From assembly GCA_020627505.1 (NCBI GenBank), contig JAHDGS010000002.1, positions 4,213 through 68,212 of the forward strand: 64,000 nt of DNA. Direction: 5' to 3'. Source of the DNA: Myxococcota bacterium. GTDB taxonomy: Bacteria; Myxococcota; UBA727; JAHDBA01. Of this stretch, positions 39,849-50,297 are shown piece by piece. The stretch's first letter is position 1, and each line of letters starts with the position of its first letter. The translations under genes were made by a program, and so were the position numbers. The notes beneath the pieces are model-generated. The model searched no databases. It was not told the DNA's origin and saw only the letters and a list, made by a program, of their open reading frames with translations.

Positions 39849-41434
39849 ATTTCAAGTAGTTGTATATAGTAGTCACTCTGACACCGGTCGCGAAACTCGG
39901 GTATCGACCGCTGAGCGCATTCATCATACGCCTGATAACCCACCCAAACCAAATCTGCTGATAGGGCAAGCGATTGACCAAAGAGATCGTTGTTCAAGTG
40001 CTGACGAAGCAGCAATTCTTTATCAAACCGAATCTCGTCATCCCACTCATAAAGATAGACTTGACCACGCTCTCGACAATCATCTGGCATGTCACTAGCA
40101 CATCGTTCTTCTCTTGGAGCCGCAACGACAAAGAAATCACGACCAAGTCCGATCGATAGCCCATACCGTGCAGAACTATCGACGTTCGGTGGTTTAATAT
40201 AAGCGCGTTGTCGCCAAGCTTCACTTGACCGTTCGAATGCATAAACTGCTCCTGAAGCGGTACATGAACGATCATCACTCTCTTTCATTTCTTGAATAAT
40301 ATTTTCATCACAACTATTATCACGATGTGCACTCACCAATAATTTCTCACCATCAAGTCCTACTTGTTGTCCAAATAAACCAGCCTGTCCTGCAATATTT
40401 GTTTTAATATAGGTATGTTGTGACCAAGTATTATTCTCCAAAAAAAATACCTCTACAGCACCTGACTGTATACAATCCCACCGGTCTTCTCCAACAGGAT
40501 TAATCCCACTCAGGCAATTTGTATCTTGTGGCGCCCCAACAGCGAGCCATTCGCCATCAACAGCGAGTGAAAATCCAAAAGCCGAGCCTTCGTGAATTCG
40601 GTCAGATTTCAAATAGCCATCGACTTGCCATTGGTCTGATATTTTACGAAACAAGTATACACTTCCGGCATCTGGACAATTGGTATCTGTATTTGCACGC
40701 GTCGACTGACAATTATCATCTCTCGGCACACCAACAAAGATGGTGTCATCATTCACAGCAACACTTGAACCAAATCGTATATTCTCGGGCAGGCCATCTG
40801 GCTTAATATAGCCTGTTTGGCGCCATTCTATTCCTTGACGTTCGTAGATGAATATAGCGCCGATATTTTCACAGCCTGCATCTCGATTCGAGATATCATT
40901 AGCGCAACTGGAATCTCCTATCGCTCCGACAACCAAAATATTATCTGATAATGCAAGCGTTTCTCCAAACATCAAACCAGCTTCAACCAGCTCATTGCCC
41001 TCGGCATCCTGTGGACGAATGATCTGCTCTAACTGCCAACCAATATCCGTTTTATTCAGTACATACACTTCTCCTGACTGTTGGCAGACAGGATAATCTT
41101 CACCTCGAACGAATAAACAATCTTCTAATGTTGGGGCAGCGATAGCAACACGTGTTTCTGTTGCAGACATAACACGACCAAAACTCAAACGGGATAATGT
41201 AGATTGACCCGGTGAAAAAATATTTGAACCTGACGTCACACATAGTTCACCTGTACATGACGTGCTGCAATCATCATCATCACATTCTTGTGGCTCATCA
41301 TCTGTCGCAGGTGACCCACCATCAACAATGCCACCATCACCATCTGCAGACTCGCCCTCAACCCAAATGTCACGCTCACAATTAAGGGAAAAAAGTCCAA
41401 ATAATAGATAAACAAGAAGTTGGCGAGCACGCAC
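39845..41434 (-). CDS. Secreted FG-GAP repeat (integrin-alpha beta-propeller-like) protein with an acidic Cys-rich N-terminal region
   Basis: Signal peptide. At least six FG..LA......V.VGAP-type repeats (FGETLALSDNILVVGA, FGSSVAVNDDTIFVGVP, FGFSLAVDGEWLAVGAP, FGQSLALSADLVWVG). Confidence 0.55.
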   Translation of the reverse strand: MRARQLLVYLLFGLFSLNCERDIWVEGESADGDGGIVDGGSPATDDEPQECDDDDCSTSCTGELCVTSGSNIFSPGQSTLSRLSFGRVMSATETRVAIAAPTLEDCLFVRGEDYPVCQQSGEVYVLNKTDIGWQLEQIIRPQDAEGNELVEAGLMFGETLALSDNILVVGAIGDSSCANDISNRDAGCENIGAIFIYERQGIEWRQTGYIKPDGLPENIRFGSSVAVNDDTIFVGVPRDDNCQSTRANTDTNCPDAGSVYLFRKISDQWQVDGYLKSDRIHEGSAFGFSLAVDGEWLAVGAPQDTNCLSGINPVGEDRWDCIQSGAVEVFFLENNTWSQHTYIKTNIAGQAGLFGQQVGLDGEKLLVSAHRDNSCDENIIQEMKESDDRSCTASGAVYAFERSSEAWRQRAYIKPPNVDSSARYGLSIGLGRDFFVVAAPREERCASDMPDDCRERGQVYLYEWDDEIRFDKELLLRQHLNNDLFGQSLALSADLVWVGYQAYDECAQRSIPEFRDRCQSDYYIQLLEI

Positions 41435-42408
41435 TATTCAGCCCCGCATAAACGACGCTCTTTCTTCGTCAATGAAATACCTTGTCTCTTTATCACAGAA
41501 AGAGCTTCTTCACAGGCGCCAATTTCTGACGCCGCCTTGAGATAATTCACCGCAATATCATGTCGCCGGGATTGGTGTCGGCCTGATTCAACAACGCGGC
41601 GACCATAAAAAACAGCATCTTTAACATAGTGCCGGCGCAGCGAAATTTCAAAAAGATAAAGTTCGGCATCAGCGCGCAATTGCCCTTTTGAAAAGCGAGA
41701 CAAATAGTCTTCGAACAGTGTTTGTGCTTTGTCATATTTATGACTTCTATAAAGGTTCACACCACGTTCAAATGTTGCGAGTTCTGCTTCAGCACTGAGA
41801 TCAATTTGTGTTTTTGTGAGATGCGCCGATTTCAAAGCTGGAATTGATTTACTTGACCCGCGACGTCGCTGCTTCACACTTGATTTATCAGAGGTGACGA
41901 AAGCAGCTGCTTCAGGTTTGAGTACTTCACCTTCTGAATTTTTCTGCAATGCATTGAGCGTCGCTTGCATATCTTTATATTGCATTTCGAGTGTTTCGTA
42001 GGCCGCTTGCATATCAGCTTGTTTTTGCTCTTGTGCTTCCATCCTGGAAGACATGAAACCAAATGTGATCGCTGTCCCTGCAATAAATGATGCCACACCG
42101 GCGATCCCCAATTTCGTGGCAAGTGCTGAGCCAAAACCCGTTGCACCACCTGTCGACCCAACGCTTGTTGCTGCTGCTGCACCAGACCCTGCGCTCCCAT
42201 TAAATAGAGTTGAGGACATCAATGCCGCAATTCCGGTTGATTGGGCTAGCCGTTTTGCGAAGCGCTCGGTGTCGATCCGCTTTTGGTCTGTATATACTTC
42301 CGATGGTGACAAATCCGTCATATGCAGAATGCTAGGCAGCTCTTCTACGAATAGATCTTCCATCGGTGTTTTCACCGTTAAATCAATATCATCATTTCTC
42401 TTATTCAT
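41434..42408 (-). CDS. Putative anti-sigma factor (single-pass membrane protein with a TPR-like periplasmic domain)
   Basis: Its start overlaps the ECF sigma gene stop by 8 nt. N-terminal cytoplasmic segment, a Gly/Ala-rich TM region, and a C-terminal helical repeat. Confidence 0.4.
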   Translation of the reverse strand: MNKRNDDIDLTVKTPMEDLFVEELPSILHMTDLSPSEVYTDQKRIDTERFAKRLAQSTGIAALMSSTLFNGSAGSGAAAATSVGSTGGATGFGSALATKLGIAGVASFIAGTAITFGFMSSRMEAQEQKQADMQAAYETLEMQYKDMQATLNALQKNSEGEVLKPEAAAFVTSDKSSVKQRRRGSSKSIPALKSAHLTKTQIDLSAEAELATFERGVNLYRSHKYDKAQTLFEDYLSRFSKGQLRADAELYLFEISLRRHYVKDAVFYGRRVVESGRHQSRRHDIAVNYLKAASEIGACEEALSVIKRQGISLTKKERRLCGAE

Positions 42409-43012
42409 TTAATCCTTCCATTTGCAATTCTTGATACCGCATTTTGAATTTTTTGCGGCCGAGTCGAATACGGCTACTCACAGTATTGATGGAAATATTG
42501 AGCGCTGCTGCAATTTCTTTTGAAGTCAGCCCTTGAATATCATGCAGAATTAATACCTCCGAAAAAATATCTTCAAGCTCTTCCAGAATCGTGCGGAGCA
42601 TCATTCGTTGGTTGCTTTTTTGATCGTGCACAGCGTCAACGTCAACAAAGCGTTGCATTTCATCATCAGCATCTGTTTTTTGCCGGGTTTTCTTGGAAAC
42701 ATGATTCATCATTTTATTTTTTAAAATGGCATAAAGCCATGCACGACCGTTTTCGACTTGTTCGCCACCATGTAATTTTTGATGTGCCGTTAGAAATGTT
42801 TCATGCATGATGTCTTCGGCGTGTTCAGTCGAGCGCAACCGAAGGACTGCATAACGCTCTAGCTCATCTGCATAGTCTTCGTAAAGACCTATCAAAATTT
42901 CATCAGGACTGCCCTTAATTGGATTCTCATTTTTGAGTGTTTCGATTAACTCTTCAGCAGTCCTGGTATGCTCCAGATTTAATTGACGCTCAGGCAAATC
43001 CATATCATTCAT
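42401..43012 (-). CDS. RNA polymerase ECF-type sigma-70 factor
   Basis: Region 2 (DIMHETFLTAHQKL, AWLYAILKNK) and region 4 HTH (LTSKEIAAALNISINTVSSRIRLGRKKF). Confidence 0.8.
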   Translation of the reverse strand: MNDMDLPERQLNLEHTRTAEELIETLKNENPIKGSPDEILIGLYEDYADELERYAVLRLRSTEHAEDIMHETFLTAHQKLHGGEQVENGRAWLYAILKNKMMNHVSKKTRQKTDADDEMQRFVDVDAVHDQKSNQRMMLRTILEELEDIFSEVLILHDIQGLTSKEIAAALNISINTVSSRIRLGRKKFKMRYQELQMEGLNE

Positions 43013-43088
43013 CTTATGTGAAGTTTTTTTAAAATGGAAATTTCGTCATGGGTTTTCATTATTTGCGCATAAAAGAAAGAGCTAAAAA

Positions 43089-44111
43089 TCACAAACCGAT
43101 GCGTAGTCTCACAAAAGGTGTGAGCACTGCTGCACGCTGCGAGGTCGTCAAGCTCCGATATATCGAGCGGTGCCAAGGCACGGTAACGCCACACTCGAAT
43201 AAGATGTGTCGCCCAAAACCAAATCCTAAAACACCATCTGTCTCAAGATGAATAAGCTGCGGGTTTCGATTAAATGTAAAACCTTCGCCTTGAACAGACA
43301 GTCCACCTAAACGCTGACGTACGCCAAAAAGAAATGAAGATTTTGCCGACACATATTGCAGCCCCCAGTCTCCTAGAAGATAAATATAGCGTGCCAGTGC
43401 TGTACCTGGTTGAATAGAAACTTTTTGAGATTGTCGATAACCTGCGCCAATACCAAGGTATGAAAAGCGATGTGCATGTGTTCTTCGATTGAACAGCCGA
43501 TAATCCAATCCGATACCATATGACAGTGAAGATAGTGAGGTATCGTACAGTCCATCAATAAAAATACCCAGCTGCCTTGGCTTTAAAATACAATCCTCAC
43601 CGCAGATATAATCACCATTTTGATTCGATGTTAAGATCTCTTCACGAGTATTCGGTCGATTATCATCATCTATGCCTGCAACAGAGGCATTCGCTCGACG
43701 CTGAAGCACGGCTGTTTCGTGAGAATGATTTTGATCGTCCTTTGCGTGAGGCAGCTCAATTTCATGAGCGGTCTCTAAGGTATGAAAATCTTGGATATCC
43801 TCTTCGATTCGCTCAATCCAAATGCGGACATAACGTGGTAAATTCACGCAAATATCTTCTTTGACCTCAAATGACGTTTTATCTTGATGAACGCCTCTCA
43901 CGTAATTTACCCGTATCTGTCCTTCGGCCTCGAAAATGACGATTGAACGCTCTAGTTTTTCTTGCGATACCTGAAGATGATCTTGAAGATGCTCAACAAG
44001 CGGCGCACGTTTGACACAATCGGATGCCGTCACCTCAAGTTTTAGTGCAAATAGTGATGGGCACCAATACATGAAAATTATTGACCAAAATATCCATCTG
44101 CCCAACTGCAT
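43089..44111 (-). CDS. Hypothetical protein, possibly outer-membrane beta-barrel
   Basis: Signal-like N-terminus. The C-terminal half has alternating hydrophobic beta-strand patterns. Transcribed divergently from the ECF sigma gene. Confidence 0.35.
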   Translation of the reverse strand: MQLGRWIFWSIIFMYWCPSLFALKLEVTASDCVKRAPLVEHLQDHLQVSQEKLERSIVIFEAEGQIRVNYVRGVHQDKTSFEVKEDICVNLPRYVRIWIERIEEDIQDFHTLETAHEIELPHAKDDQNHSHETAVLQRRANASVAGIDDDNRPNTREEILTSNQNGDYICGEDCILKPRQLGIFIDGLYDTSLSSLSYGIGLDYRLFNRRTHAHRFSYLGIGAGYRQSQKVSIQPGTALARYIYLLGDWGLQYVSAKSSFLFGVRQRLGGLSVQGEGFTFNRNPQLIHLETDGVLGFGFGRHILFECGVTVPWHRSIYRSLTTSQRAAVLTPFVRLRIGL

Positions 44112-44219
44112 ACGTATTTATAACGCTGCATCATCTCAAAAACCAATAATCGCCGTGACGATTATTCTTTTGAGACAAAACCTCCTGACGAAAAAGACAA
44201 ATCAATAGAAGGAGGATAT

Positions 44220-44909
44220 ATGTCTAATCAATCACTCAGCCTTTATGGCTCAACCGTTCCGTTTGCCAATACACCTGAATACTATATAGGTCTCGCTCAA
44301 AATGTCGGACTTATTTTGGATAGTCAAGAAGGTGAAACCCTTCAGCAAATCTATGATACCTATGCCGCCAACAATGACGTTTCATGGTGTGATTTCTACA
44401 CAAATGGCTTTGTTCCGGCATACAATGAAAATTTGAGAAACGCTTTAATCCGGCGGGGGCAATCACGTGAAGGTTGCCAAAACCCCCTTGATCAACTTAG
44501 TTGTGAGACAGATTTTGACGCACTCAAACTTAGTGGTGCAGAAGATCTTGCGAGACAGATTTTCGGAGATTATATCGATGACTATAAATCTAAAAATCAA
44601 GGACGCTATTCTCTATATCAAGCAAATTCGATACTGATGGGCGGTGTAGGGACTGTCGCCGCTGCATTTAACATGAATGATATAATTTTGAATGGCCAAT
44701 CAAGTGGGATAGCATCTCAATTTCTCTCCAGTACTTTAGGTCTAGCTAGTCTCTGTGGACTCAGTCTTGCTGCATTCACAGGCTATAAATCATACCAAAT
44801 ACAACAAGGCTATGAGGCTAATGAAGAACTTAAGGTACAGATTGACAATTTTATCGAGTCAATTGCGCAGGGCCAACCCCTTCGTTTTGATGGCTACGAT
44901 ATTGATTAG
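44220..44909 (+). CDS. Hypothetical protein (229 aa)
   Basis: Strong RBS GAAGGAGG 7 nt before the ATG. No recognisable motif. Confidence 0.45.
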   Translation: MSNQSLSLYGSTVPFANTPEYYIGLAQNVGLILDSQEGETLQQIYDTYAANNDVSWCDFYTNGFVPAYNENLRNALIRRGQSREGCQNPLDQLSCETDFDALKLSGAEDLARQIFGDYIDDYKSKNQGRYSLYQANSILMGGVGTVAAAFNMNDIILNGQSSGIASQFLSSTLGLASLCGLSLAAFTGYKSYQIQQGYEANEELKVQIDNFIESIAQGQPLRFDGYDID

Positions 44910-44977
44910 ACTTAGCCCGAAAATATCTTAAATCAATCCGACCAGCAGGTCGGATTTTTAGTGGATAAATCAAGTCC

Positions 44978-45262
44978 CCCACAAAACGAAGCGCCGACCA
45001 AGGCCGGCACTTCTGAACACACATATCGGAGGTCATTTCCTTGAAGGTTATTCCCTCATAGAGAGGTTTCATATCTCCACTATTTTCGTCACGACATGTT
45101 GTGGTTTCACCAAAAAAACGCCTGGCGAACCAGGACGTTTTAGAACACACATATAGGAGGCATCATTTCCGTGAGGACCTTTCTGCCTACATAATAGAAG
45201 ACGAACGATAATTGATTTTTCACTTCGACCATCCATGTTTTTTTATCGGAAAAATGACCGAT
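44978..45262 (-). repeat. Copy B of the repeat family: 5'-truncated core plus extension module, inverted orientation, immediately 3' of ftsK
   Basis: The reverse complement matches 52130-52397 (core 3' half plus extension) and includes both terminal hairpins. Confidence 0.8.
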
Positions 45263-45281
45263 GGTTTTGAGTATAAAGTGA

Positions 45282-48170
45282 TTAGCGAACAAAGATCTCG
45301 CGGTCACCTTTCGCATTCTGTTGGGGCCCAACAATACCTTCCGCTTCAAGTGAATCTACCAGACGCGCCGCTCGATTATAACCGATGCCAAGATGACGTT
45401 GCAGCCATGATGTAGAACACTTTTGATGTTGTCGAATCAAATCAATTGCAGCGCCCCATTTTTCGTCCTGCTCTTTTTCATCATCTTCAGATGCTTCAGG
45501 GACAGGTGGATTGAGGATTTCCATATTATAGTTAGGTGTGCCCTGCTTTTTAAGGTGCTCAACAACCCGATGAATTTCATGCTCTGAAATAAATGCACCG
45601 TGGACACGGGTCACGTTACTTGTCCCAGCAGGCATGATGAGCATGTCACCTTTACCAAGCAACTTCTCTGCACCTGGTCGATTGATGATGGTTTTCGAGT
45701 CATGTGTTGATGCAAGGCGGAAACCCATTCGAACAGGGAAGTTCGCTTTGATCACACCTGTGATGACGTCGACCGAAGGACGCTGGGTTGCAAGCATGAC
45801 ATGGATACCTGCAGCACGCGCTTTTTGAGCGAGGCGCATCACATATCCTTCAACCTCTTTGCCTGCAATCGATAAGAGGTCGGCATACTCATCGATGACA
45901 ATCACAATGAATGGGAGTTTGTCGTACGGTTTTCCATCTGCACCAATCGGTGCTTTACGTTTCGCCGGGTCTTTTCCAGCACGAATTTTTTTGATGACCT
46001 TATTGAATCCGTCAATACTTCGAACACCGATTTCACTCATCGCCAAGTAGCGACGCTCCATCTCTGCAACAGCCCACTGTAAGGCATTGGCTGCTTTCTT
46101 TGAATCAATGATCGGTGGCAAGAGTAGATGCGGAATCCCTTCATATATTGAAAGCTCGAGCATTTTGGGGTCGATCATCATGAACTTGACCTCATCGGGT
46201 TTCGCTCGATATAAGATCGATGTAATCATCCCATTCACACTCACAGATTTACCGGAGCCTGTTGTCCCAGAAATTAGGGCATGTGGCATTTCAGCCAGGT
46301 TGGCGTAGTATGGCTTTCCTTCAATATCCTTGCCGAGTGCCATTAATAACTTATCATCCAACTTAGATTGATATGTCTTATCGGCCATGATCTCTTTTAA
46401 GAACACCGTTTCACGACGCTCATTTGGAATTTCAATCCCAACCGCACCTTTGCCAGGTATTGGGGCAACAATACGAACTTGAACAGCCTCCATTGCCATC
46501 GCAATATCATCAGACAATGACGCTATTTTTGAGAGCTTAATACCAGGTGCTGGGACGAATTCAAATGTTGTGACCACAGGTCCTGGCCGAACTTCTTTAA
46601 CACGTCCTTCGATACCAAAGTCTTTAAATTTACGGACAAGCTTATCTGCCTCGATCTGAAGCTGATGACCATCGATCGGTAATCGATTGGGCGCATCAAA
46701 ATCGAGAAGTTTTAATGGTGGGTAAACATATTTTTTGTCTTTCTGAATCGCACGATCGTCAATATCGATATGCTCGTCAGCACGCTGAACAATTTTGAAA
46801 GCCTCATCTTCTTGTGTTGATGATTCGGTTTTGACAACTGTCTTCGGTTCCGGTGCCACAGCTGCCTCATATTTGGCATTTGCCTTCTTTTGAATACCAC
46901 TCGGCCGTGCTGATTGTGTAATGGCGTCACCATCATCAGATTTTAAATCAACAGGCTCAGAGAGGGCTCGCTGATTCTCAAGAGAGCGTGGCGTACTGCA
47001 CTGCGTGATATTGTTGAGCGTCGGGTCTTTGCTTAAATGTGCTCGGCTGACTTCAGATTTGTCTGAATCATCCCGCGCTGAGGCGGTATGCTCAAAGTCG
47101 AGATCTGGTAAGAAATTTCTTCTCGATGCCGTTTCTTGAACCTCTTCTAAATAAAGCTCATCTTCATCATCTAGAAAATCTTCCCAGGCATTGTTCCCGC
47201 GTCGCGGCATTTGAACAAGGTATGAAAAAGCAGAGCCCATGTGTTTGAATAATGTTCGGATCGACATATTGTAAAAGACCAAAATGCCCGACAAAATTAA
47301 AACAAGACTAAATAGACCCGTCCCGACAACTGCCAAGAGTGGAACAAAGGTTTGATACCACAACGCACCAACCCAACCACCTGCGGCAAAATACTCAACC
47401 TCAGGTGCTCTAAACCCTATTTCAAGCAGTGTTGCTGTACCCCAGACGCCGAGCATGAGGCCCCCAACATGCATGCCATTTGGCCAGGCGAGCGTGGCCC
47501 CCAGAAAGAGTGCCCCCAAATAAAAGAAGAAGAGTGGCATAAGGTAGGATAAATAACCCATAAACTGAGTGAGGCCATCAGCGACAAGGACGCCAATTGG
47601 ACCAACCCAATTGTTGTGGATATGTCCTGAAGTGAGTAAAGAGATACCCTGCGTGCTTTGAACGTCAGGTTGTAGAGATATGACCTGCTCTGGCGCAAAA
47701 GAAATGAGTGCTAAACTGATTAAAACACCGACAAATATCAACATAACACCAAAAATCTCACTTTCGAGACCAACATCTTGTGATATTTTGAGAGTAGAGG
47801 CGCGTCGTTTTGCATGAAAAGCGCGTGGCGTCATTGATTGCTCTTTAGTGGGTTTTGATACCATGGCGTCGACGCGAGAAGGTTCTGGTAGAAATGAAGC
47901 CGGTGCAATCGCTTGTTCGGGTATGGCATCATCTAATTCAATGGGAAGTGCCCGTTTCGTATGCGCCAATCTCAATCTTGGAGAGTTTCGATTTGATGAA
48001 GGTATCTCCGCAGGACGAACACGCGTTGAAGCATTCGCCAAACTTGTTCGTCGTCCAGCCTTTAAAATTGAAGGTACAGCATATCCTTCAACTTGGCTGT
48101 GTTTCGTTTTTGTTTGAACATGCTGTTCTCCGACAGATTTTTTTCGAAATTTAGAAATAAGTGATTTCAA
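45282..48170 (-). CDS. ftsK: DNA translocase FtsK
   Basis: N-terminal TM segments, a Pro/Gln linker, a motor domain with Walker A GTTGSGKS and Walker B DEYADL, and a C-terminal gamma domain (WLQRHLGIGYNRAARLVDSLEAEGIV). Confidence 0.9.
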   Translation of the reverse strand: MKSLISKFRKKSVGEQHVQTKTKHSQVEGYAVPSILKAGRRTSLANASTRVRPAEIPSSNRNSPRLRLAHTKRALPIELDDAIPEQAIAPASFLPEPSRVDAMVSKPTKEQSMTPRAFHAKRRASTLKISQDVGLESEIFGVMLIFVGVLISLALISFAPEQVISLQPDVQSTQGISLLTSGHIHNNWVGPIGVLVADGLTQFMGYLSYLMPLFFFYLGALFLGATLAWPNGMHVGGLMLGVWGTATLLEIGFRAPEVEYFAAGGWVGALWYQTFVPLLAVVGTGLFSLVLILSGILVFYNMSIRTLFKHMGSAFSYLVQMPRRGNNAWEDFLDDEDELYLEEVQETASRRNFLPDLDFEHTASARDDSDKSEVSRAHLSKDPTLNNITQCSTPRSLENQRALSEPVDLKSDDGDAITQSARPSGIQKKANAKYEAAVAPEPKTVVKTESSTQEDEAFKIVQRADEHIDIDDRAIQKDKKYVYPPLKLLDFDAPNRLPIDGHQLQIEADKLVRKFKDFGIEGRVKEVRPGPVVTTFEFVPAPGIKLSKIASLSDDIAMAMEAVQVRIVAPIPGKGAVGIEIPNERRETVFLKEIMADKTYQSKLDDKLLMALGKDIEGKPYYANLAEMPHALISGTTGSGKSVSVNGMITSILYRAKPDEVKFMMIDPKMLELSIYEGIPHLLLPPIIDSKKAANALQWAVAEMERRYLAMSEIGVRSIDGFNKVIKKIRAGKDPAKRKAPIGADGKPYDKLPFIVIVIDEYADLLSIAGKEVEGYVMRLAQKARAAGIHVMLATQRPSVDVITGVIKANFPVRMGFRLASTHDSKTIINRPGAEKLLGKGDMLIMPAGTSNVTRVHGAFISEHEIHRVVEHLKKQGTPNYNMEILNPPVPEASEDDEKEQDEKWGAAIDLIRQHQKCSTSWLQRHLGIGYNRAARLVDSLEAEGIVGPQQNAKGDREIFVR

Positions 48171-48233
48171 TGGTCGCCTCTCCGTCTTGTGATTATTTAG
48201 AATTCAAGACAAGAAAGCAAAAAAATGGCCACG

Positions 48234-50216
48234 TTAGCGCGTATTTTCTGATATGAGCCCCGTGTCATCAACCGTGTTAAAAAATTGCTTTAATGCATCG
48301 AAGCGGCTTCGCTTTTTTCGGCCAAATCGATATTTATATGACGCAATTTCTTTGTCTGTATACACTTCTGGGCGTTCCGGCGTGTTTCTCAAGTATGTTT
48401 TGAAAAAATCGATTTCTGCCTCTGAAATATTACCGGTTGGCGTGTCGAAGAAGCGCAATGCAATAATTTCTTTGATGAGGGGATACGACATCGGATTATA
48501 GTCAAGTGCTTCAATCAACATTTCAATCGCATCTTCGGAATTCGTATCAAAAAGGCGACGCGCATCGCGAATACATGGTTGATGAATTTGATATCGAAAC
48601 TGGGTCGAGTGAGATGCAGAACGTGCCGCATTCAACACTGTGCGACAGGAATCTAAATAGGGGTCTACAAGATTGGATATCGGTACTGCATCTAGTTTAG
48701 CAAGCCCGAAATCATATCCGGATGCACCACAAAATGGAATCGCGTTACTCACACCAATACTATTCTTGAGTGCACCGGCATGTGACTTTGGATGCCCAGA
48801 GCTGAGTTGCAAACCTTTCAATATTGGATCTGCGTATTCACACGGATGAACAACATGTTGCTGATTCATCGTTGATGCTGCCGCTTTTGGGATTAGCCCT
48901 CCTCCGAGCCACCCATTAAGGTATCGATAAGCATGGCCATAACTTTTTAATCGTTGGTAGACATTCGCCTTAAACCACATCTTCGGGGTGTGACCCGTCT
49001 TTGACCAGTATGAAGCTGGACGGCCAGAAACGATGTCGATGATTTTGCGAGATGCAATTTTCAATTTTTGCGCATCTCCCTCGATATTTGATGCTAAGGC
49101 AATCACTAAGTCATGTTCGGGGGCAATCAACAAAAGCGTACTTGTTTCAGGTTGACCACCAGCATGACCGATGAGCCACGTGCCAGCATAGGGAAAGACG
49201 GCAAAGCCGTGTGCATAATCAACGCGTCGACCATGGTTTGTAAATCGACTTTGAGCAATATATCGACGCTGATGTTCTTTGAGTAGACGATCGTTTAATA
49301 GTGCACGGCCAAACTGAAGCAAATCGCTTAAGTTTCCACGTGTACCGCCGCCGCCAAATCGACTTGAAATATCAACTTGACGTGATTTTTTAATTCGACC
49401 CGCATAGCGATAACCTTGAACCCAATTCTTGGTTCGCGAACGTTCAAATTCTACAAATGTGTGCTGCATGTTGGCAGGGTCGAAGATCTTCTCTTCTAAA
49501 ATTTCCTGGAAAGATTTTTGGTAGATCGACTCCAACATTCCGGCGAGTAGATTGAAGCCGTAAGACGAGTATGTATATTTCTCCCCAGCTGGCGCAACCA
49601 ATTCCCAGTGCTTAAAAATATCGATGGCAGCTTTGGTATTGTGGTGATTTTTATGGAAACACTCATGTGCACAGTTTTTATATCCTGAGATACCGGAGAG
49701 ATGAGCGAGTACGTCTTTGATGATAACAGGCGATTCTTTTGGCCATAAGTCAGTGTGGGCAGCAACACGATCGGTTAGTTTTAGTCGACCTTCTTCTTCA
49801 GCCTTTAGGACAGCGACTGCCGTGAACATCTTTGTGATAGATGCATATCGAAATAAACTCTCTGAATGAAAATCGTGACCATGTTCTCGATCGGCTTGAC
49901 CTTTGTACCAGGTGGTTTGTTCTCCCGCGTGATCGATACCAATTGCCATCCCAACATGTGGAAATTCTATCGTTAAACGTTCAATATATTGCTCAATTGC
50001 TTGCAACTGTGCCTCAGAAAGCCGTGGCGAAGCATGATGTTTGTGTTGCGACCTTGCAACACGCTCAATAGATTGCTCTGGAATTTGGTAGGGTGCTTGA
50101 GTTAACGATTGATTTTCTGCAGAAAAATCCGTCGCAAAACCTGAGAATGAGCATAAGATCGCCGAAAGAAAATATATCAATTGTCGACCTGAGGATGCCA
50201 TACACAATGCTATCAA
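48234..50216 (-). CDS. Serine hydrolase of the beta-lactamase/transpeptidase-like family with a large C-terminal extension
   Basis: Signal peptide. S-x-x-K (ASITK), Y-x-N (YSSYGFN) and an H-x-G box (HAGGQ). About 250 extra C-terminal residues. Confidence 0.65.
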   Translation of the reverse strand: MIALCMASSGRQLIYFLSAILCSFSGFATDFSAENQSLTQAPYQIPEQSIERVARSQHKHHASPRLSEAQLQAIEQYIERLTIEFPHVGMAIGIDHAGEQTTWYKGQADREHGHDFHSESLFRYASITKMFTAVAVLKAEEEGRLKLTDRVAAHTDLWPKESPVIIKDVLAHLSGISGYKNCAHECFHKNHHNTKAAIDIFKHWELVAPAGEKYTYSSYGFNLLAGMLESIYQKSFQEILEEKIFDPANMQHTFVEFERSRTKNWVQGYRYAGRIKKSRQVDISSRFGGGGTRGNLSDLLQFGRALLNDRLLKEHQRRYIAQSRFTNHGRRVDYAHGFAVFPYAGTWLIGHAGGQPETSTLLLIAPEHDLVIALASNIEGDAQKLKIASRKIIDIVSGRPASYWSKTGHTPKMWFKANVYQRLKSYGHAYRYLNGWLGGGLIPKAAASTMNQQHVVHPCEYADPILKGLQLSSGHPKSHAGALKNSIGVSNAIPFCGASGYDFGLAKLDAVPISNLVDPYLDSCRTVLNAARSASHSTQFRYQIHQPCIRDARRLFDTNSEDAIEMLIEALDYNPMSYPLIKEIIALRFFDTPTGNISEAEIDFFKTYLRNTPERPEVYTDKEIASYKYRFGRKKRSRFDALKQFFNTVDDTGLISENTR

Positions 50217-50297
50217 ATTACGAATATTTAAAGCAATTTGAGCCTTGAGTTATCTATTTTGAGTCAGAAAACCAACCAACTCAATTATAATTTAAAC

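Noticed and set aside
44851-45150. Six-frame ORFs 44851-45150 (-) and 52229-52462 (+) share an identical 56-aa N-terminus (MCSKTSWFARRFFGETTTCRDENSG...). Other ORFs fall inside the repeat copies: 23843-24115, 52359-52562 and 52223-52513.
   Set aside because: The identity simply reflects nucleotide identity of the repeat. The ORFs run straight through both terminator hairpins and T-runs. Frames are not preserved between copies A, C and D because of indels. There is no RBS.
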